From Squalus acanthias (Eukaryota): DNA of 64,000 nt. Location: the NCBI GenBank assembly GCA_030390025.1, contig CM059433.1, positions 7,938,001-8,002,000 of the forward strand, given 5' to 3'. Made by a program: the position numbers and the translations under genes. Of the stretch, positions 25,925 through 37,673 are shown piece by piece (the first letter of the stretch is position 1; every line of letters starts with the position of its first letter). The notes beneath the pieces were generated by a model. It had not been told where the DNA came from. It was given only the letters and a program-made list of their open reading frames with translations, and made no database searches.

Positions 25925-28595
25925 AACTTGCAGGACTGAGGAAAAAGTGGATGCTGAGCCAAAGAGGGAGATGTAAGGAGAGGTGGTCAAAAGCTCGGTC
26001 AAAGAGTTGGGTTTTCAGGGGCGTCTTAAAGAAGAAGAGGGAGGTGGAGAGGCTGAGGGATTTAGGGAGGGAATTCCTGAGTGTGGAGGCTAGATAACTG
26101 AAGGCACAGCTGCCAACGGTGGCCAAAGAGAGGGGCAATGCACAAGAGAGCCAAGGGTGGGGGAGCGGAGAGTTCGGAGGGAATTTTTGGGCTGCAGGGG
26201 GTTCCAGAAGTTGGGTGCCATGAAGAGCGTTAAACACAAGGGTGTGAATTTTAAATTGGAGGGATGGGGGGGGGCGGGGGGGGCAGGGGGCGGTAGTCAA
26301 TGTAGATCAGCAAAGACAGGAGTGATGGGTGAGGTGGACTTACTGCGGGATAGGACATGGGCAGCAGAGTTTTGGATGAGCTGAAGTTTATGGAGGATGG
26401 GAGGCCAGTAGGACACCATTGGAAAAGTCGAGTCTGGAGGTGACAAAGGCATGTATCAGGGTTTCAGCAGCAGGTGGACTAAGACAGGAGCGGAGCTGGG
26501 TGATGTTACAGACGTCTGGCCAGCTCAGTCGGTAGAGCATGAGACTCGTTAGTTTCAGGGTCGTGGATTCGAGCCCCACGTTGGGCAGTTTGTGTTGATG
26601 GGGAAAGAGCTGGCACAGGCACGAGGGGCCGAATGGCCTCCTTCTGTGCTGTATCATTCTATGATTCTAGGTGGAAGTCTTCGCGATGGAGAGGATTACA
26701 CGGTTGGAAACTCAGCTCAGGGTCAAATAGGACACCAAAGTTGTGATGAGTCTGCGTCAACCTAAGACTGTGGCCAGGGAGGGGTATGGAATCAACAGCA
26801 TGGTGCAGAGTTTATGACAGATCCTCAAGGTGATGGCTTCAAGTCTTAGCAATACTTAGCTGGATGTAATAGCAGTTCATCAAGCAGTCTGCCAACACAG
26901 AGGCAGTGGAAGGGTTGAGAGTGATGGGGGGAGAGGTAGAGGTGGGTGCTGTTTGCGTACAAGTGGAACCTGATCCTGTGTGTGTGTGGACGATGTCGGC
27001 CAAGGGACAGTATGCAGATGAGGAAGAGAAGTGGGCCAAATATAGATCCTCAGAGGACTCCGGAGGGGGGGGGGAAGAGAAGCAATTGATGGAGATACTC
27101 TTGCTAGTTGGTATTGGACAGGTAAAAGTGCAACCGAGCGAGGGTAGTTCCACTGAGCTGGACAAGGGAGGAGAGGCATTGGAAGAGAATGGTGCGGCTG
27201 ACCATGTAAAGGCTGCCGAGTGATCAAGGGGAATGAGGAGGACGGGAAGGGGTAATGCTCCATGGTCACAGTTAACCGAGGATGCCATTTGTGACTTTGG
27301 TTAGGGCTGTTTTTGTGCTGTTTTAGGTGTAAACCTGAATGGAGAGATTTAAAAAAAAGGAAATTGCACAAAAAGATGGGCATGGATTTGGGCAACATGT
27401 TCAATGACTTGAGGAAAGGAAGTTGGAAATATGGTGGTAGTTTTCAAGGACAGAGATTGAGGGTGGGCTTTTTGAGGAAGGGAATGATGATGGCGGATTT
27501 CAAAGACAGGGGAGCAGTACCTGAGGAGAATGAACCAGTTACAATGTCACCTAGGATGGGGGCCAGGAGAGGAATTTCGATGGTCAGCAATTTCTCTGAG
27601 AATGGGGTCAAGGGAGCAGGAGGTGGTCTAATGGTCAAGATGAAATTGGAGAGGGATTGAGGGGAGATGCCAGAGAAACTGGAGAGAGATGTGGGTTCAG
27701 AGCTCGGGTGCAGGGAGCTTGGGGGGCAGGTTTGGTATGGTGAGAAAGGGAGGGAAGAAGCAGTGGAAGCTGAAAGAATTGTCTCTTTCTTAGTGATAAA
27801 GCAATCCATGATCTCCTTGCACTCGTAGTTGTAGCTGAGAGTGGAGGGGGGCGGGGGAAGGGGAGAGAGCTTTAAGAAGATGGTTGGTCTTGGAGACGAG
27901 AAACGAGATTACCTTTGCTCACCAGGATGATCTGGAGTAGTGGATAGTTTTGGCAGAGGAGAGTGGGGCCTGTAGCACTTGATGTGGTCCAGTCAGATCT
28001 GGTGATGGATGGCTAAACCGGATGGGCACGTGTTATATGCCAGATACACGCAAGACTGCAAACTCTGGGCTTGAGAGAGCAAAGGTGGGGGCCATACCAG
28101 GGGGAATGACTTCAATGGGAGAGACTAACGTTTTGCTGGGGGCAAACACATCAAATGTGGAGGTGAGGGAATGATGGAGCAAATTGACAGCAACAGAAGT
28201 ATTGTGGTGAGTGGAAGGCCAAAGGCTAGGGAGTTGGGAGTTCTAAAGTGTAGTTGTAAAGATTATGGGGGAAAGTTTTTTTTCCAAGGACAGATACAGA
28301 AGGAAGTGGGGTTGGAAGGGAGTGGGATGTGGGTGGTGAAGGATACAAAGAAAAGGTCTAAGTTGGCCTTGTCAGTGATCAAAACCATGATTGGAGAGGC
28401 CGCAGGAGATGGCAAAGTTGAAGGGGTGGCTGTGAATATGGGTAGGAAGGAGGGGTTTAGGGAGGGCACGCCCTTGAATTCAAAGAAAAGAGGACAAGGG
28501 GAGTCGTGATGGAGATTGACGTCACTAAGGAGGAGGAGTTGCTCAGTGTAGAGGCTGAGGGGGGAAAGCAGTGAGGATATCTCAGTGAGAAACTT
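25925..28595 (-). mobile_element. Old, degraded L2 LINE (endonuclease to 3' end)
   Basis: Minus ORF pieces: LLSDVNLH, SLKSAIIIPFLKKPTL, AAETLIHAFVTSRLDFSN, AFSYLASTLRNSLP. Confidence 0.8.
26514..26587 (+). pseudogene. tRNA-Lys(CTT)-derived sequence, head of a chimeric retroposon (26514-26669)
   Basis: Matches the vertebrate tRNA-Lys-CTT sequence (agctcagtcggtagagcatgagact...cagggtcgtggattcgagccccacgttgggc) but has an anticodon-loop insertion and stem mismatches; followed by a CR1 tail. Confidence 0.8.
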
Positions 28596-29117
28596 GGGGC
28601 TGGATTTTGTGGGGGGCCAGTGGGTGTGATCGGTGGTGGGTCGGGTGGAAAGAGTTTTTTTTCCCCAGTGGGTCGGGACCCCGCTGTGAACCCGCCACAT
28701 CGCGCCTTTACCAAATGTCGGGTCTGCCAGCGCTGATCAGTCCCGACACGCAGCGGCGGGGGAGGCAATTAAAATTATTAGTGGCTTGTTTACAGCCACT
28801 TATCAATGGCTTGTTTTCCCAGCTTTTTGGATTTGACAGGTCGCCCACCGGTTTCCCGCTGTGCCTAGACTGTGTCTGTGAAGCTGAGGCGGGAGGTCAT
28901 TGGCCTTTGAATCAGCTGATGAATTGACAGCTTCAAATGTCAAGTTAAAGCTCCCAGCTGATTGAGAAATGTTCCCTTAATCACTAGCTTCTCTAAACTG
29001 CATTTACACTACAGATTCAGAATGCTGCAAGTCTTTACAGTCTGACCTCATTACCTCTCCCACCATTGACAGATCGCTTCTGTCATCTCTACTTCACCTG
29101 CCATCTATTCCATCAGC

Positions 29118-29324
29118 ATGGGTGCCCTTGAAACTCTCTCACCTTGGTCCTCAGAATCCCACCACGATCAGCTCCAACACCAGCAGCACCAACAACAACA
29201 CCAACCTTCTCTGCAATCACCTGATGCTGCACAGGTCAGAGGGCATCAGCACCCGACCACATTGCTGCCCAGGAGGCCAGGGATGGCCTCACCATGGCCA
29301 GATTTACTTCACTTGATGCTGTAA
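29118..29324 (+). pseudogene. Possible internally deleted Harbinger transposase (N-terminus joined to C-terminal ARDGLTMARF-like motif)
   Basis: ATG at 29118; third-frame AAQEARDGLTMARF resembles Harbinger transposase C-termini; AATAAA at ~29522; converges with the Myb genes. Confidence 0.3.
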
Positions 29325-29969
29325 ACCCTGGCTGCCACATGATGCGCCAGGTTGGCACCACCCCACACCAACAACATAAAGCATCCCTACAATGCCCAAG
29401 CCATTCCTTTCACACTCATGACCATTGCGGGGGGTACCGTTATGTTTCACCATTCACTGCAACTCACTAAGCCACTTCCAAAGGTGCACACAGATCTGTC
29501 CAAGAATGCAAAGTGTTGGAAAATAAAGGTTTCAATGTTTGACAACACATTAACAGAAACTTGACATGAACATTGGATAAAACACCCAAGTGCCTACTCT
29601 TGTGTGTTGTTAGTTAGTATGTTTGCACTAGGATGAGGGTAAGTGTGAGGGGTGTCTAGTGAGATGGGGAAGTGATAATGTAGATAGAGAGGGATGGGTG
29701 GAGGTGCAAGGTAAGTTGGTGTGAGTAAGGATGTGCAGGTGCAGGGTAGGGAAGGCAAAGTGATGGGGATGTGATGAGAGGCACAGCAGGATGAGGTTGA
29801 GTGTGGCTTTGTACTAATGTTTCGTGATCTACTGAGATCATTGAAATGTTTGCGGCACTGCACCCAGGTCCTCCTGACCACATCCCTGCTTGTGTCCTCC
29901 TGTGCAATGTGCAACCAAAAGTGAGAAGTCGCACAACACCAGGTTATAATCCAACAGTTTTATTTGAAA

Positions 29970-30007
29970 TCACAAGCTTTCGGAGCTGCTGCTCCTTCGT
30001 CAGGTGA
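29970..30007 (-). ncRNA. Minimal type I hammerhead ribozyme motif
   Basis: UCAC-CUGACGA-A-GGAGC(AGCA)GCUCC-GAAA-GC-UU-GUGA. Confidence 0.75.
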
Positions 30008-30024
30008 AGTGAAGTCAGGTGAAG

Positions 30025-30062
30025 TCACCTGACGAAGGAGCAGCCGCTCCGAAAACTCGTGA
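30025..30062 (+). ncRNA. Minimal type I hammerhead ribozyme motif (helix III mismatch)
   Basis: UCAC-CUGACGA-A-GGAGC(AGCC)GCUCC-GAAA-AC-UC-GUGA. Confidence 0.6.
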
Positions 30063-30434
30063 TTTCAAATAAAACTGTTGGACTATAACCTGGTGTTGTG
30101 CGACTTCTCACTTTTGTCCACCCCTGTCCAACACCGGCATCTCCGCATAATGTGCAACCAGGCTGTGTTGATCTCCTGGGGAGGTCTGTTCCGTTCATCG
30201 GAAGGGAAGAGACTCTCCCTGCGTGCTGTGACTCCCTGGGTGCAGCCCTGTGCCTCTGTGCAGTCATTGTCAGTGTTTGCAGCACCCCTTGTGCAAACTC
30301 TTACTTCCCTTCTTTACTGTGCCTTTTCCTAATCTGCTGCTCCTATGCAGTGTCTCCCCAGTGGCTGCAGCAGGGCTGGTGGAAGGCTGCTGAGTGTCCG
30401 TGCGGGAGACTTCAGATGGCCTTGCAGAACGCCC

Positions 30435-32173
30435 TCAACCAGCTCTGAGCCTGGAAGGCCCGGCTGTAGACTGCACCACCTCAGGCTGGGCGGCAGCAGT
30501 CTGGGCTGGCTGGATGACGGGCAGCGACAAGTGCAATGGCGGAGTGCCAGTGGTGGGAGCAGGAATGCTGTCATCCTGAGAGAGGACAGCAGGTTCCTGC
30601 TCCACAGACCCACTGCCACTCCCCTGGGACAGCACCTCAACATCCCTAGCAATCTGTTGGAGCCCAGATTGCTGGCCTGTTGAGACACCGTGAGATCCCC
30701 GGTGGACTGTGGTGGACCCAGTCACGATGGCAGCAGTCAGAGCTTGCGTGACATCAAGCTGAGACTGCATGAGAGCAGTCTGAGACTCGATGCCACCAAC
30801 CATTGGCTGCATTACAGCACTAAGACGTTGCATCGCTTCTGCCTGTGCTGCAATGGAAGCTGCCACATCGCCCATCACATGCGGCATCAGGTCTGAGTCA
30901 CCACGGTCTCTCAGAGAGTCCACCATCCTCTTCAGAGTGGAAAAGATGGGCTCCATGGTGTACACAGAGTTCTGTGCAATGTTGGAGGCGGACTCCTCCA
31001 CACTCCTTACCATTGTCGAGAAGCTCTCAGGGCTGCCTTGCCATTGCACCTATCATCTCGGAGTGCATGGCCATCACCCTTCCTGTGAATGCCTCCCCAC
31101 CGAGGTCCTCATCTGAGTCCTGTGCAGCAGAACTTGCCTTCCGGGGAACTGCCTCCCGAGCTAACCTTTCCCCCTGGCCTTGCTGCAGCCCGCTCGTCCC
31201 CGGTGCATCACCCAGTGCAGACCCTTCTACTAAACTTGCCTCTAAAGATCGCGTAGTGCCAGTATCTGAGGTGGTGCCTGCGGGTGAGACATGCAGTGAC
31301 GTGGGGCTTTCTTCCTCCTTCTCTTCTCCTGCCTCACTCTCAGTGGGAGGCTCAGGGACAGGCTGTTCATCTGGTTGCTGATTCTCTGAAAGCATAAAGG
31401 CACAAGACTCGGGTTAAGGTGAGGGCAGGAGGGCAGGAAGGGAGCAAGGAATGCAGACAGTATCAGGAGCTGGAAAGTGGGCAAGGCTTGTGGTGTGAGG
31501 GGGAAATGGGATGAGAGAAGGAGAGGGGATCAACATACCGTTGTTGCCCCCAAGGGGGGGTCGACGTTGCCGATGGCCACGGCGCCCACTACCTGCTGCC
31601 CAATGAGTCGCAGCACTCGCTCCTCCAGGTCTGAAAGCTGCTGGAGCCGTGCATCACCCCCGCCTGTTCTCTGCTGCTCCCTCCTATTGGGAGCCATCTT
31701 GGCCTACAAGAGAATCAAATGTGTGTAAGTCAGAGTCCAGCTGTGTGTTTGGGAGATATGCCTGCCGTAGTTGAATAGCTGTAATTGTAGGCAAGGTGTG
31801 AGATGTGGATGTGAGTTTGAGTAGGTGCAGATGCTTGGTGGGTGAGTGGTGGGGGTGTGGTGGTTTGTGCAGTGTGTACAGACTGAGGTTAAGATGCTGA
31901 TATGTAGGACCTGTTGAAGCGTGTACTCACCCTGACCACCCGAGTGAGGTCATTGAATTTCTTCTGGCACTGTGTCAGGCTGCATTCCACCAAACTACAA
32001 GCTGAGATCTCCTGGGCCACTTCCCTCCACATTGCCCTGAAGAGCTGGGGCAATGGCCTCCTTCCAGTGTCTGGGAACAGCACTGCCCTCCTTCGCTCCA
32101 CTCCCGCGACCAATGCCTCCAATGTCTCGTCTGTGAAACGACGAGCTCTCTCCCTGGGAGTGGGAGCAGCCAT
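30435..32173 (-). pseudogene. Harbinger ORF2-type Myb/SANT-like (MSANTD/NAIF1-like) gene; exons 32173-31931, 31703-31539, 31385-~30435
   Basis: RARRFTDETLEALV..RRAVLF..WREVA..QCQKKFNDL; exon 2 NRREQQRTGGG; GT-AG junctions; apparent frameshifts near 31550 and 31030. Confidence 0.8.
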
Positions 32174-32512
32174 CACGATCAGGGGATTGAGTTCCTTGCA
32201 GGCTGCCTTCACAGCCAGCACTGCTGATAATGAGCATCTGTACAATGATGCAACCTCCCCTTTGAGAGCTGGAAGGAGCCAGTGTGAAGGATCATTCCCG
32301 ATTGCATTGTGCCTGAAATTCATTAGTGCTCTGCTGGTAGCGCCCCTGTAGCGCCCTACTGAGGTCATCATCGCTTGATTTAGCGCTCCAGGTCATTCCT
32401 GGGGCACTAACAGCCAATTCAGGAGAAGCTCAGAATCCTTGCGCCTGGCGCTAATTTTTCATCATTTCAAAAATTAGCGCCTCAAATGTGGCGATTCCGA
32501 ATTTCTCCCCCT

Positions 32513-32690
32513 CTGTTTATAAAGCCAAGGATCCCGTATACGTTTTTTTACAGCCTTCTCAACTTGTCCTGCCACCTTCAAAGATTTCTGTACGTACACC
32601 CCCAGGTCTCTCTGTTCCTGCACCCCCTTTAAAATTCTACCATTTAGTTTATATTGCCTCTCCACATTCTTCCTACCAAAATACACTTCA
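32513..32690 (-). mobile_element. CR1 fragment
   Basis: YFGRKN..QRDLGVYVQKSLKVAGQV. Confidence 0.8.
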
Positions 32691-33082
32691 AAATAATACT
32701 TCTAAGAGAGGGTGACTGGAGGAGTGGGAGGAATCTATCACGGGGAACGGTAAATCAACAATCCACTACTTTAATAAACATAAATTGCATTTAATAAACA
32801 ACACCTTTCACAAAGTTACCGCAGATAGAGTACAAAAGCTTGTGGTTTCCGTTGTTTTGATCTTAAATTCATATTTACCTTCAAAGCCCTAATAATAACT
32901 TCCTGGCTTTGTGCTGTCAGTAATTTTCCATCTGTAATTACCCGTGACTAGTTCATACGGGCAGTTTCCATTACAAATGTGGACATTGGAATTTACCAAT
33001 ATAAAAATAGGACAAAATATAAAATAGATTTAAACAGGCTTTAAATTGGAGCTGAATTTCATTCGTGCCCCTGGTCCAATTA

Positions 33083-33810
33083 TCCCCTTGACATTCAACG
33101 GCATTACCATCGCCGAAACCCCCACCATCAACATCCTGGGGGTCACCATTGACCAGAAATTTAACTGGACCAGCCACATAAATACTGTGGCAACAAAGAG
33201 CAGGTCAGAGGCTGGGTATTCTGCGGCGAGTGTCTCACCTCCTGACTCCCCAAAGCCTTTCCACCATCTACAAGGCTCAAGTCAGGAGTGTGATGGAATA
33301 CTCTCCACTTGCCTGGATGAGTGCAGCTCCAACAACACTCAAGAAGCTCGACACCATCCAGGACAAAGCAGCCCGTTTGATTGGCAGCCCATCCACCACC
33401 TTAAACATTCACTCCCTCCACCACCGGCGTACCGTGGCTGCAGTGTGTACCATCTACAAGATGCACTGCAGCAACTCGCCAAGGCTTCTTCAGCAGCATT
33501 TCCCAAACCCGCGACCTCTTCCACCTAGAAGGACAAGGGCAGCAGGCGCATGGGAACACCACCACCTCCAAGTTCCCCCCCAAGTCACACACCATCCTGA
33601 CTTGGAAGTATATCGCCGTTCCTTCATCGTCGCTGTGTCAAAATCCTGGAACTCCCTCCCGAACAGCACTGTGGGAGTACCTTCACCACACGGACTGCAG
33701 TGGTTCAAGAAGGTGGCTCACCACCGCCTTCTCAAGGGCAACTAGGGATGGACAATAAATGCTGGCCTTGCCAGCGACGTCCAGATCCCATAAACGAATA
33801 AAAAAAAAAA
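33083..33810 (+). mobile_element. Second-family LINE 3' fragment
   Basis: Matches 22790-23518; poly-A tail. Confidence 0.85.
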
Positions 33811-33847
33811 TTCCCCCAGCCTCTAGCTCCGTTTCACCCGTAGGTTA

Positions 33848-34172
33848 TTGGGTAGAATTGCCACACGGGCTCCCCGATCTCCCACCGCAACAACATAAAT
33901 GGCCATTTCTCTGCCAATCTTCCGCCAAAGTTCGGGAGAAACCTCCGCGGAAGTCACAGGCGTATCTCTCTATAAGTTTCCCGTGGCACCTCGCATGGAG
34001 AGTGAAAACCAGGTGGGTAATTTTGTCTTTGGACGGTAGTGTAAAACGGGTGCTCTTGAATCAATATCGTCGGTTACACATCTCTCCCGATTTTAATTTC
34101 CATTAACTTCCACAGCTCTTCCGCTGAATTTATGGCAGACAAGCAGGAGAACCCTGGTGGAAATTTACCCCC
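33848..34172. mobile_element. Hairpin MITE (Harbinger-like)
   Basis: gggtagaattgccac / gtggaaatttacccc; flanked by tta / taa. Confidence 0.5.
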
Positions 34173-34186
34173 TAAGATGTTTTCTT

Positions 34187-34598
34187 GTGACGTCTCAAAG
34201 CGCTTTACAGCCAATGAAGTACTATTTGAAGCTCAGTCACTGTTGTAATGTAGGAAATGCGGCAGCCAATTTGCGCACAGCAAGCTCCCACAAACAGCAA
34301 TGTGATAATGACCAGATAATCTGTTTTTGTTATGTTGGTTGAGGGATAAATATTGGCCCCAGGACACCGGGATAACTCCCCTGCTCGTCTTCAAAATAGT
34401 GCCATGGAATCTTTTACATCCACCTGAGAGAGCAGACAGGGCCTCGGTTTAACGTCTCAACCGAAAGACGGCACCTCCAACAGTGTAGCACTCCCTCAGC
34501 ACTGCACTGGAGTGTCAGCCTAGCTTTGTGTGCTGGAGTGGGACTTGAACCCACAGCCTTCTGATTCAGAGGCGAGTGTGCTACCCACTGAGCCACAG
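34187..34598 (-). mobile_element. Deu-domain SINE
   Basis: Match to 3823-4280. Confidence 0.85.
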
Positions 34599-35642
34599 TC
34601 TCTTGTAGCATTGTGCATGGAGAGTCAAGATGAAGTGCGGCATTCGGGTGTAGCAGAGTTAGAGGATGGGGGATAATAGGACTAAGGGATGCAGGTGATT
34701 CCATCCCCGTTTTAAAGCCATACATTCGGTCCTTATTTTTATGTTTCCATTATAAACTCCTACATCCAAATTTATAATGGAAACTGCCTAAGTAAACTTG
34801 TCACACTATAATTACACCCTCTAGGTTTCTGTTCCTGAATGTTTCTCACTCTCCAAACTTCTCTTTTCTGTCTGTCTGAACTTCTGTAACTGAGCCTCTC
34901 TTGTACTCTCTCTCCCTCTGTCTCTGAACTGGGGCAGGAGATTGGGAGCAGCAAGTTTTGGCACAGGGTGTGGAGAATGAACTCAAAAAGGGTTATGGAA
35001 GGCAGCCGGAGCGAGCGTGTGGGCAGCAAGGCTATGCCTAATCATTAGCAGGAAAGGGACAGGGCGCTGAGGTTATACCAGGGGACTGAGCAACAGGGCT
35101 CTGCATCGTCAGCACTGGGAAAGGGATGTGTCGTCAGGTGGGGGAGGGTCGAGGTCGGGAGCCACTGAGAGTGCAGAGACTTGCGTGGGTATATAGTGGG
35201 AGGGAGGCCTGGCCAGACATGGGTGGAGCGGAGGCTTGGCAGGAAAAGATTGAGGCTTTGAAGCTAGGAAGAACTCCAGGTCTGGATGTATATTTTTTGA
35301 AAAAATTACATTGCAACATTAACAGAAACCTGTTCTATTTTCTGCAGAATTACTAATTGCTCTTTGATCTTATACATGAGTAGATATGAAATCCTTAAGG
35401 TTGTGGGAGTGGGATTGAAGGTTGTGGGCAGAGTAAAATGTAGCAGGAGTGTGATCAAAGGTACACAAGTGGGCTCGGATGAGCACCCCCTTTGTAAAAA
35501 AATTCCATTTTAACCGCTCTCCTGGCCTGGGCCTCTGCATTTTTACTAAACTTGATCAGCAATTGAACACGTTGCCACTTTCCCACTATCCTCAGCACTG
35601 GACAAAAGATTTATGGAGTCGCATGGCCCTAAGCCAAAGATG

Positions 35643-35977
35643 CACACAGCAAGGTCCCACAAACAGCAATGTGATAATGACCAGATAATCTGTTCTTGTT
35701 GTGTTGATTGAGGGATAAATATTGGCCCCAGGACACCGGGTATAACTCCCCTGCTCTTCTTCGAAATAGTGCCCATGGGGATCTTTTACATCCACCTGAG
35801 AGAGCAGACGGGGCCTCAGTTTAACGTCTCATTCGAAAAATGACACCTCCAACAGTGCAGCACTCCACTGGAGTGTCAGCCTAGCTTTATGTGCTCAAGT
35901 CCCTGGAGTGGGACTGTGAACCCACAACCTTCTGACTCAGAGGCAAGTGTGCTACCCACTGAGCCACAGCTGACACA
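35643..35977 (-). mobile_element. Deu-domain SINE (partial)
   Basis: Match to 3823-4280. Confidence 0.8.
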
Positions 35978-36119
35978 GCTTGGGTCCTGTGGCACCCTTT
36001 TAGCCCTTTTTCACCACAAACCACCTTTTTGCTCTCTGAGCCGCCCTTCCCTCTCGTATTGCATGCACAAATGTATTTATTGGTGTGAGATGAGCAAATA
36101 TATTCCTTTATCTACCAGC

Positions 36120-36550
36120 AAACTTGGGCTCATCCAAAACTCCCGATCACCATCACCCCTGTGCTTGCTGACCTACATTGGCTCCCGCTACAGCAATGCC
36201 TCGATTTTAAAATTCCCATTCGTTTCGTTCACATCCCTCCATGGCCTTGCTCCCCAACCCCCCCCCCCCCATCTCTGTAACCTCCTCCAGCCCAACAACC
36301 CTCCGAGATCTCCGCGCTCCTCTAACCCTGGCCTTTTGCGCATCCCCCGATTTCCTTGGCCCCACCACCATTGGCGGCCGTGCCTTCAGCCGCCTGGGCC
36401 CCGAGCTCTGGAATTCCCTCCCTAAACCTCTCCGCCTCTCTCCTTCAAGACGCTCCTTAAAACCTACCTCTTTGACCAAGCTTTTTGTTACCTATCCAAA
36501 TATCTCCTTATTTGGCTCAGCGTCAAATTTTGTCTGATAACGCTCCTGGT
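36120..36550 (+). mobile_element. L2 3' fragment
   Basis: IGGRAFSRLGPELWNSLP. Confidence 0.8.
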
Positions 36551-36556
36551 AGGGTC

Positions 36557-37033
36557 TTAGAATCAGAGTCATAGAATCATAACGGCACAGAGGAGGCCAT
36601 TCGGCCCATCGAGTCCGTGCCGGCTCTCTGTAGAGCAATCCAGTCAGTCCCATTCCCCCGCTCTATCCCCGTAGCCCTGCAAGTTTATTTCCCTCAAGTG
36701 TCTATCCAGTCTCCCCTTGAAAACATGGAGAGTCTCCACTTCCACCACTTCCGTCGGCAGCGAGTTCCAGGTCCTCACCACTCGCTGCGTAAAAAAGTTT
36801 TTCCTCACATCCCCCCCTTGTATCTCTTGCCCAAAACATTAAATCTGTGTCCCCTAGTCCTTGTACCATCAACTAGTGGGAACAGCCTTTCCCCGTCTAG
36901 CCTATCCAAACCCGTCATAATCTTGTACACCTCTACCAGATCACCCCGTAACCTCCTTTGCTCTAATGAAAACAAATCCAGCTTCTCCAACCTGTCCTTG
37001 TAGCTAAGATCCCCCATCCCCGGAACCAGTCTT
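36557..37033 (-). mobile_element. CR1 3' fragment
   Basis: LEKLDLFSLEQRRLRGDL, RTRGH; (atgattct)-type tail. Confidence 0.85.
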
Positions 37034-37299
37034 GTGTCTGGAAGTGGGGGAGGGAAGTCACCTGGTGCTACAGGCGGCCTGCGACAGCCGTAATGGCCAC
37101 CAGTTACAGGATCTTCTAGCAACAGCAGCCAAAACCTCCTGAGGGAGGTGAAAAGCCACAATAAACACTGTTTCTTTTCTATATGATGAAATTTCTCTCT
37201 GGAACCAGAAGAATGTCCTTCAAATATAATTTCAGAAATTTTTTGAGGTCCGTTATAAAGAGGTTAATTGATCCAGCATTAATTGCCTTTGATGGGACT

Positions 37300-37673
37300 T
37301 TATTCTTACAGGCCTTGACAGGGTAGATGCAGGGAGGATGTTTCCTCGGGCTGGGGAGTCTAGAACCAGGGGTCACAGTCTCAGAATACGGGGTCGGCCA
37401 TTTAGGACTGAGATGAGGAGAAATTTCTTCACTCAGCAGGTGGTGAATCTTTGGAATTCTCTACCCCAGAGGGTTGTGGAGGCTCAGTCGTTGAGTATAT
37501 TCAAGACAGAGAGCGATAAATTTTTGAATATTAAGGGAATCAAGGGATATGGGGATAGTGCAGGAAAGTGGAGATGAGGTAGAAGATCAGCCATGATCTT
37601 ATTGAATGGCGGAGCAGGCTCGAAGGGCCAAATGGCCGACTCCTGCTTCTATTTCTTATGTTCTTATGTTCTT
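37300..37673 (+). mobile_element. CR1 3' fragment
   Basis: RTRGHSL..FFTQQVVNLWNSLP; (ttatgttc)n tail. Confidence 0.85.

Larger units (their letters stand above)
29918..30148. mobile_element. Penelope-type inverted-repeat element with hammerhead motifs on both strands
   Basis: ~90-bp inverted arms 29917-30007 / 30025-30115 plus a 3' extension; perfect 12-bp TSD aatgtgcaacca (29906-29917, 30149-30160). Confidence 0.85.
29820..30270 (-). pseudogene. Degenerate Myb/SANT-like exon interrupted by a Penelope-type insertion
   Basis: MTAQRHRAAPR... and HIAQEDTSRDVVRRTWVQCRKHFNDL flank the insertion. Confidence 0.6.
28596..32511. mobile_element. PIF/Harbinger-like element (possibly composite)
   Basis: Ends ggggctggatttt... 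and ...gaatttctccccc; contains Myb/SANT genes and a putative transposase remnant; no clean TSD. Confidence 0.65.

Noticed and set aside
26514..26587. Functional tRNA-Lys gene
   Set aside because: Anticodon-loop insertion, stem mismatches, no clear T-run terminator, fused to a CR1 tail
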